This document shows, piece after piece, positions 57,870-64,000 of a stretch of 64,000 bases of DNA. Position numbers and translations under genes: made by a program. Position 1 is the first letter of the stretch. Each line of letters begins with the position of its first letter. The stretch covers positions 224,001 through 288,000 of the forward strand of contig CAVSQB010000005.1 of the NCBI GenBank assembly GCA_963729895.1, written 5' to 3'. Under the pieces are notes generated by a model. The model had not been told where the DNA came from and searched no databases. It saw nothing but the letters and a program-made list of their open reading frames with translations. Origin of the DNA: an uncultured Fibrobacterota bacterium. Its GTDB lineage: Bacteria; Fibrobacterota; Chitinivibrionia; Chitinivibrionales; FEN-1185.

Positions 57870-59342
57870 TCACCTGGCAACGAAACGAACAAGATGCATC
57901 TTCGATGTCTTCAGTTCCAGCAGGTAAACTCCCGGGGCGAACATACCATGCAGCGACAATTTGACTGTGGGATCGCTCAACGATTTCTGCAAAATCAGCC
58001 GGCCACGGAGGTCGAAGCACCGCAGTTCCCGAATGGGTTGGATGCTCAGAATAGTTTCGCCGTGAAGCTTGAGGACGTCGCCCGCCGGGTAGAAAGCCTG
58101 CCGGTTCCTTGCCGCGTTGTTCTGAGCGCCGGGAAGCAGCCAGCTGGAATCTTCGGTAAAGGAAGACGGCACTTCCACCCACAAACTGGGCCATTGCAGG
58201 TTCGTGGTTGACGCAAGTGAATTGTCCATTGATTCCACCAACTTGAGGAACGCCGACGTCTTCAGGTTGATTGCGTACACGTCTTCGCACAGAGCTGTGG
58301 TTGCATATCCCTGCCCGCTTGGAAAGTACCGTGAGGTTATGTTGGCTGCCACTCCGAAATACGGGTGATTGACCGACCATTCGTTATAAGTCCACACGCA
58401 GCCGGAAACGTTTGCGCGGGCAATGGGCCACAGCGAATCGGGAAAATCGTACCATCGAAGTACCTGGCCGGCCGACGATTCCACAAAGATTCTTTGGTGA
58501 AATCCCCACGGGCCAAGAGAAGGGACAACATATCCTTGCGGCAACCCGAAGTCCAGATACATCATGACATTGGTGAAAATGCGGCTCGAAGATATTGACC
58601 CGTTGCACGACTGAATATTGAGAACAGTGTCCCGGTGGGTAGCCGTGTCTGTGCACGGCAGCGAGTGAAGGGCGTAAACGGTTCCGGTGCGCAGATCGGC
58701 CATCCTGGGATTTGGCTCAAACATTGTTGTCCCCAGGTAACGCCGGTCGTATGACAATCCCGCATGGAAACTGCCTCCGGCGTAGAGGACCGATTCCGTT
58801 GAATCCGGGACCGAAGCGTGTATGTTCTTTAAAACGGTTTTTCCAAGACCGTTCCAGTCCCCGGCTTGCCATGTTGTAGAGTAGAGAACCTGCATGGAAT
58901 CCGTTCTCTTGACAAAACGCGGCTCGTTCGCATGGCCGCTTGTTACAAGCACGGGCCGGGCGGTTTCCAAAAGGCCGCATAACCACGTGGAAACTCCCGA
59001 GCCGCCTTCGGTGCCGGTGGTGTAGGCGACCCATGCGCCGTCAAACGAAAGGCTCTGGTTCCGCGCTCCCAGCGTGGCCGCGATTTTGTGGACCGCCGGC
59101 CCCGAAGAACCTGTGTCCGAAAAGTCCACATAATAGAGATACATGTCAGCAGAATCGAGGCCTCCCGCAAAAACGAGCCTCACCTTTGCAGTACCGAAGA
59201 AATTGGAAATTTGTTGAGGGTTCGCCATTATCGCAACTTGAATATCCGCGGCCGAACGCCGGCAGAACATCAGCAGTATTGCAACCGCCGCCGGCCATAG
59301 CGGGCTGCGTAAGACGGCTGCAAACAGGTGAGGGCGTTGCAT
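57870..59342 (-). CDS. Secreted TIGR02171-like propeller protein with T9SS-like tail (paralog of 53750)
   Basis: LYYVDFSD, SFDGAWVAY, EPRFV, GSFHAGLSYD, SCNGSISSSRIFTN, WGFHQ, NEWSVNHPYF; tail FDLRGR..APGVYLL. Confidence 0.75.
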   Translation of the reverse strand: MQRPHLFAAVLRSPLWPAAVAILLMFCRRSAADIQVAIMANPQQISNFFGTAKVRLVFAGGLDSADMYLYYVDFSDTGSSGPAVHKIAATLGARNQSLSFDGAWVAYTTGTEGGSGVSTWLCGLLETARPVLVTSGHANEPRFVKRTDSMQVLYSTTWQAGDWNGLGKTVLKNIHASVPDSTESVLYAGGSFHAGLSYDRRYLGTTMFEPNPRMADLRTGTVYALHSLPCTDTATHRDTVLNIQSCNGSISSSRIFTNVMMYLDFGLPQGYVVPSLGPWGFHQRIFVESSAGQVLRWYDFPDSLWPIARANVSGCVWTYNEWSVNHPYFGVAANITSRYFPSGQGYATTALCEDVYAINLKTSAFLKLVESMDNSLASTTNLQWPSLWVEVPSSFTEDSSWLLPGAQNNAARNRQAFYPAGDVLKLHGETILSIQPIRELRCFDLRGRLILQKSLSDPTVKLSLHGMFAPGVYLLELKTSKMHLVRFVAR

Positions 59343-59427
59343 TCAAACCTCCCGGTGGTGCAAAATAAATCACACCCAAAAGAAACGGTCCCGGAATCGT
59401 CGTGGTAAGTTATTTTCGTACCATCTT

Positions 59428-60210
59428 ATGAGCGCCGACATTCCTTCAAAGAAACAAATCGCCGCGGCCTTTTCCATAAAGGCAAGCGGGTACAGGTCGG
59501 GAGCGTTTATTCAGCATCAGATACTCTGCAGGCTTGTTCCGCTTATCGAAACTGCCGGCGTGTTCGGCCTTCCCTGGCTTGATGCGGGGTGCGGTGCCGG
59601 CTCCCTTGACGGCCTGCTCGAGAACAAGAATGTTTCCGTGAACCTCATACGGACCGATTTTGCGTTTGGTGTGCTCCGGTCGCCGCATAGCGGGCAGGAT
59701 CACCGGTCGCCGGCGGTCCAATCCGACATCGAGGCGCTGCCGTTCGGGTCCTGTTTGTTCGGCGGGGTAGTTGCGTCGTCGGTTCTTCAATGGCTTCCTC
59801 GGCAGGACCTGGGGCTTCGAGAGATACACCGGGTGCTTGTCCCGGGTGGCGCCCTGATATTCTCCGTGTTCCTCAGCGGCTCGTTTTGCCAGGTTTTCTG
59901 GTTGCGTGAGGAGAGGAACCTGGGCATTCCGGTTCACCTGCTATCGCCGGATGAATTCGTATGTCAGACACGAGCATCTTCTTTGTCGCTCCTGCAGCTC
60001 GAAACGTTTGAGCAAGAATACTATTTTCCTTCTGCGCTCGGCGTCATGAAATTTCTGAGCGGCATCGGGAGCACTGCGGTTTCGGGAAGGCGGCTCCTTC
60101 GGCAAGAGATAGCGGCATTGTGTGGCGAATACGAAGAAAAGTTCGCTACCGCGCGTGGCGTTCCCCTTACGGTGTACGTTGCGTACGGAACGGCAGTAAA
60201 GGTCGGGTAG
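59428..60210 (+). CDS. bioC: Malonyl-ACP O-methyltransferase
   Basis: KKQIAAAFS..A..Y, LDAGCGAG, DIEALPF, SSVLQW, GIG; first gene of the bio operon. Confidence 0.8.
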   Translation: MSADIPSKKQIAAAFSIKASGYRSGAFIQHQILCRLVPLIETAGVFGLPWLDAGCGAGSLDGLLENKNVSVNLIRTDFAFGVLRSPHSGQDHRSPAVQSDIEALPFGSCLFGGVVASSVLQWLPRQDLGLREIHRVLVPGGALIFSVFLSGSFCQVFWLREERNLGIPVHLLSPDEFVCQTRASSLSLLQLETFEQEYYFPSALGVMKFLSGIGSTAVSGRRLLRQEIAALCGEYEEKFATARGVPLTVYVAYGTAVKVG

Positions 60211-60214
60211 CATC

Positions 60215-60913
60215 ATGAAAAGCAGGGCGAAAGGATTCTTTGTGACCGGCACCGGCACAAACGTGGGGAAAACGTATGTGAGCCGGGTGCTTGCGGAGGG
60301 ACTTTCCCGCAGGGGGCCCGTTTCGTACATGAAACCCGTGCACACCGGAGTTGCAAAGCGGAAGAGCGCGCTGATGTTCGCTCCCGATTTCGAGTATGTC
60401 AAGAAGAGCGGAGTCTTGGTCACGTGCGAACGTCGGTTGCACGTGCCGTATTGCTTTGCGCGCGCGTGTTCGCCGCATCTGGCGGCCATGCTCGCCCGCA
60501 CAACCATTTCACTGCCGCACATCGTCGCGTGTTTTGACAAAATAGGAAGCCTGCCCGGCATGGAGAACGGCTGCATCGTGGTGGAAGGAGCGGGCGGCGT
60601 GCTCGTGCCGCTGGGCCCCTCGGAGTCGATGATCCATCTGATGCGGCGCCTCGGCATTCCGGCCATTGTCGTCACAATGCCTTGCCTCGGCACGCTCAAC
60701 CATACGTTTCTCACCATGTGCGCACTTGCCAGCGCCGATGTTGAGGTCGCCGGCCTGATCGTCAACAACCGGCACAATTGCCGCGAGGACTATGTGTACC
60801 GGGACAACGTGAAAACGATTCGCCAGTTCGCAGGCGGCATTCCGGTGGCGGAACTTGGACACGGCAGGGGCCGCGCCGCCTTGAGGGAGTTTTGCGATGA
60901 CATCGTCCGATAG
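60215..60913 (+). CDS. bioD: Dethiobiotin synthase
   Basis: VTGTGTNVGKT, MKPVHTG, SPHLAA, VEGAGGVLVPL, LGTLNHT. Confidence 0.93.
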   Translation: MKSRAKGFFVTGTGTNVGKTYVSRVLAEGLSRRGPVSYMKPVHTGVAKRKSALMFAPDFEYVKKSGVLVTCERRLHVPYCFARACSPHLAAMLARTTISLPHIVACFDKIGSLPGMENGCIVVEGAGGVLVPLGPSESMIHLMRRLGIPAIVVTMPCLGTLNHTFLTMCALASADVEVAGLIVNNRHNCREDYVYRDNVKTIRQFAGGIPVAELGHGRGRAALREFCDDIVR

Positions 60914-62234
60914 CTCCCTGGATCATCTCTGGTTTCCTTTCACGTGTTCCCGGGACCTGTGCAACGATCCGCCGCGCGTGATCGAGCGCGGCGAGGGCGT
61001 GTACCTGTTCGACGCCCAAGGGAAACGCTACCTCGACGCCGTTGGATCGTGGTGGGTTTCCACGCTGGGACACAATCATCCGCGCATCACCGCCGCGGTG
61101 AAGCGCCAGCTGGACAAACTGGAGCACGTGCTCATGGCCGGGTTCGTGTCCCCGCCGGCGCTCGAGTTGTCGCACCTGCTCGCTTCGATGCTCCCCAAAG
61201 GTCTCAACCGTATATTCTATTCCGACGACGGGTCTACTGCGGTTGAAGTCGCGCTTAAGATTGCACTGCAGTATTGGGCCGCAAAAGGAGAAGACCGCGT
61301 TTCGTTCGTTTCATTGACGGGAGGGTATCACGGCGACACGCTCGGCGCGATGTCGGTGGGAAATATTCCTGCGTACCACGCGCTGTTTCACCGGACATTC
61401 AAGTCGCAGCTCTACGCCGATGCGCCGTATTGTTACCGGTGCCCGTGCGGAAAAGACAAAGACACCTGCGCCGCGGAATGCATGGCATCGCTGGAACGGG
61501 TACTTGACGAAAGGGGAGAGACTGTCGCCGCATGCATTTTTGAGCCCATGGTGCAGGGAGCGGCAGGCATGCGGGTGTATCCTGCAAAAGTGCTGAAGCG
61601 ATTGTTCGCCGCGTGCAGGAAATGCGGCGTGCTCACCATCGCCGACGAAGTCGCCACGGGCTTCGGACGGACCGGCACGCTTTTCGCCTGCGAGCATGCG
61701 AGCGTTGTCCCCCACCTCATGTGCCTGGCAAAGGGGTTGACAGGAGGGTATCTTCCGATGGCGGCCACGGTCGCAGGCGAAGACATTTACCGGGAATTCT
61801 GCGGCGATTTTATGGCCGGGAAAGAACTTGCGCACGGGCATTCCTTTACCGGAAACCCTCTGGCAGCCGCCGCGGCGTGTGAGACCCTTTCCATCATGAA
61901 AGAACAGAACATCCCGCGCTCGCTTGCTCCGAAGGCCGCCTTTTTCCAGGCGCGCCTTGAAAGATTCCGGGAGATTGATGAAATAGGGGATGTGCGGTAC
62001 ATCGGCATGATCGGTGCGCTGGAGCTTGTGGCCGATCGTGCGACAAAGGCACCGTTTCCACGGGAAAAACGCGTGGCGTTCCGCATCGCCCAAAAGGCCT
62101 TGAAAAAGGGCTTGCTCATCAGGCCGCTCGGCGACGTGTTGTACTTTGTCCCTGCCTACGTCATTACGGAAGAGCAAATCGACGAGATGATGGACGCCGC
62201 CGAGCAGGCTATAAAGGAGGCGGCGCATGAATGA
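60897..62234 (+). CDS. bioA: Adenosylmethionine-8-amino-7-oxononanoate aminotransferase
   Basis: LWFPFT, SWWV..GHNHP, GSTAVEVALK, YHGDT.GAMS, ADEVATGFGRTG, KGLTGGYLP. Confidence 0.95.
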   Translation: MTSSDSSLDHLWFPFTCSRDLCNDPPRVIERGEGVYLFDAQGKRYLDAVGSWWVSTLGHNHPRITAAVKRQLDKLEHVLMAGFVSPPALELSHLLASMLPKGLNRIFYSDDGSTAVEVALKIALQYWAAKGEDRVSFVSLTGGYHGDTLGAMSVGNIPAYHALFHRTFKSQLYADAPYCYRCPCGKDKDTCAAECMASLERVLDERGETVAACIFEPMVQGAAGMRVYPAKVLKRLFAACRKCGVLTIADEVATGFGRTGTLFACEHASVVPHLMCLAKGLTGGYLPMAATVAGEDIYREFCGDFMAGKELAHGHSFTGNPLAAAAACETLSIMKEQNIPRSLAPKAAFFQARLERFREIDEIGDVRYIGMIGALELVADRATKAPFPREKRVAFRIAQKALKKGLLIRPLGDVLYFVPAYVITEEQIDEMMDAAEQAIKEAAHE

Positions 62235-63372
62235 GACTCCCCTGCATGACCGCATCCGCGGGGAGCTTGACGAAAGAAAAGATCTGAACCTCTTCCGAAC
62301 TATCGGGAAATCCGGCGCCGGTGTCGGTATCGACCTATCCGCCAACAGCTACCTTGCTCTGCACGACAACGCGGAAATCAGGGCCGAGGCCGATCGGCTC
62401 GCGGATCATTGCTATTGCGGAAACCTCGCCTCGCGCCTCATCGAAACGCGCTCGCCCCTGTATCCGGTTCTCGAAGCCGAACTCGCAGAATGGAAGAAGA
62501 CCGAATGCGCCCTGATATTCAATTCCGGCTACACTGCGAATCTCGGCATCATCCAGGCGTTGTGCACCCGGAACACCCATGTGTTTTGCGACAGGCTGAA
62601 CCATGCATCCATCATCGACGGCATACTGCTTTCCGGCGCGTCGCTTTCGCGCTATGCGCATTGCGACATGGCCGACCTGGAGCGCAGGATCGGCGCGTCT
62701 TCAAAAAGGGAGCGGCTGATTGTGACGGACTCGGTGTTCAGCATGGACGGCGATGTCGCTCCGCTCGCGGACATCTGTGCGATTGCGCACCGGTTCAAGT
62801 GCGCGGTAATGGTTGACGAAGCGCATGCTACGGGCGTCTTTGGGGCGTCGTGCGCCGGGTACGTTGAAGAATGCGGCTTGGAGAAGGATGTCGATGTCGT
62901 CATGGGAACGTTGAGCAAGTCGGTAGCGGGGTTGGGCGGTTTCTTTGCCGGGAGTTCAATGCTCATGGACTGTCTTGTCAATAAAGCGCGGAGCCTGATA
63001 TATTCAACGGCCTTGCCGCAATCGGTTCTTGCACACGATATCGCGTCGGTCCGGTATATTCGGCGGCATCCGGGCATGGGGAAGGCGCTCCTTGCCAAGG
63101 CGCAGTCTTTCCGCGCGGAAATCGCCTCGCTCGGCTGCGACACGCTTAATTCGTCAACGCAAATCGTGCCGTGCATGGTTGAGTCCGACACGCAGGCGGT
63201 CGATCTTTCCGCGTATCTTCTCTCACGCGGCATCAAGGCGCCGGGGATACGGCCTCCCACCGTGCCTGCGGGCGCGGCGCGGATTCGTTTTTCGGTTCAC
63301 CTTGGGTGCACAAACGGCGATATCGCATTTGTCGCCTCCAGCCTCAACGACTGGAAGAAATCGCATGGCTGA
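62227..63372 (+). CDS. bioF: 8-amino-7-oxononanoate synthase
   Basis: ASRLI, NSGYTANLG, DRLNHASIIDG, DEAHATG, GTLSK, IRPPTVP; in the bio operon. Confidence 0.92.
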   Translation: MNETPLHDRIRGELDERKDLNLFRTIGKSGAGVGIDLSANSYLALHDNAEIRAEADRLADHCYCGNLASRLIETRSPLYPVLEAELAEWKKTECALIFNSGYTANLGIIQALCTRNTHVFCDRLNHASIIDGILLSGASLSRYAHCDMADLERRIGASSKRERLIVTDSVFSMDGDVAPLADICAIAHRFKCAVMVDEAHATGVFGASCAGYVEECGLEKDVDVVMGTLSKSVAGLGGFFAGSSMLMDCLVNKARSLIYSTALPQSVLAHDIASVRYIRRHPGMGKALLAKAQSFRAEIASLGCDTLNSSTQIVPCMVESDTQAVDLSAYLLSRGIKAPGIRPPTVPAGAARIRFSVHLGCTNGDIAFVASSLNDWKKSHG

Positions 63373-64000
63373 TCGGTGGCTCGTGTTCGGCGGCTGGGCA
63401 GTTTCTCCCTTGATTCTTCGTTCGCTTTTCGGGGCGGAGAGCACCTATGTGGATAGTAATGCCATGATGCCTTCGCTTGTCAATAAAGGCGAACTAATTG
63501 ACAACTGGGAGGTCGCCGTTACAAAGGAAGTTGAGCACTTCTTGTCCGGCGATGTTGCCGGGATTGCCGGCTGGTCCACCGGCGCTATTCTGGCATGCGC
63601 GCTTGCTCTGCGGGTGCGCACGAAAAAACTGGTTCTGCTGTCGGCAACGCCGTCGTTTTGCAGGCGGGAAGGTTTCAGGTTCGGATGGACACCAGGGGTT
63701 TTACGGGACATGCGGGAACACCTTTGCGGCAAGGACAACACGGTCGTCGGGGACTTCCTGGTCAGTGCCGGAGTTCCGGAAACGTTCTTTCACCCTGCCT
63801 GCCTTGACCAAAAAATCCTTGCTGCAGGACTTTCGTTCCTCGAACAGGTGAATTTGTTGCCCGCGCTTGCAAAGCCAGCATGCGGGGTTACGGTATTGCA
63901 TGGAAAGGAAGACGGTATTGTGCCGTACAAGGCTGGCGAGGTTGTTGCGGGAATGCTGGGCACGAAATGTCAAGCGTTTGAGGGCGGGCACGCGTTCTTT
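63365..64000 (+). CDS. bioH: BioH-like alpha/beta hydrolase, 3'-truncated by the window
   Basis: Translated by hand: MADRWLVFGGWA..AGWSTGA (nucleophile), LSATPSF, LHGKEDGIVP, EGGHAFF; overlaps the bioF stop. Confidence 0.75.
   Translation, partial: MADRWLVFGGWAVSPLILRSLFGAESTYVDSNAMMPSLVNKGELIDNWEVAVTKEVEHFLSGDVAGIAGWSTGAILACALALRVRTKKLVLLSATPSFCRREGFRFGWTPGVLRDMREHLCGKDNTVVGDFLVSAGVPETFFHPACLDQKILAAGLSFLEQVNLLPALAKPACGVTVLHGKEDGIVPYKAGEVVAGMLGTKCQAFEGGHAFF

Noticed and set aside
57589..58380. 263-aa minus-strand ORF
   Set aside because: Alternative frame overlapping the 57870 gene and running into an AT-rich spacer; no motifs.
1..64000. CRISPR arrays, tRNA/rRNA genes, prophage or reverse-transcriptase systems
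   Set aside because: None seen by eye; a short ncRNA could have been missed without a covariance search.

Overview
Bacterial chromosomal window, probably Fibrobacterota (Chitinivibrionia-like). This is inferred from TIGR02171-like propeller paralogs with Por/T9SS-like C-terminal tails. Left to right: (1) a sphingolipid operon (1-6773: nucleotidyltransferase/PLP-enzyme fusion, LysE-like exporter, CDP-alcohol phosphotransferase, serine palmitoyltransferase, bacterial ceramide synthase-like GNAT, a eukaryote-like KDSR reductase, DUF4833-like protein); (2) an MdtABC-OprM RND pump; (3) a MoxR AAA+ ATPase with an uncharacterised partner; (4) an NHEJ operon with two tandem Ku genes, split LigD and DUF72; (5) DoxX, an orphan gene and an intact IS5 element; (6) a TetR-TolC-RND pump; (7) a B12 radical SAM enzyme and a Ser/Thr kinase; (8) a ~20 kb minus-strand cell-surface block (AmpG, TolB-like protein, two AlgJ/AlgX-like proteins, AlgI MBOAT, NDUFA9-like SDR, GT2, a plant-like UDP-apiose/xylose synthase, secreted propeller paralogs); (9) bioC-D-A-F-H. 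Best novelty candidates are the hybrid sphingolipid pathway with its own head-group module, and the UDP-apiose synthase coupled to a polyprenyl-phosphate-type GT2. All family calls come from motifs recognised by eye and from recalled reference sequences; no searches were run.
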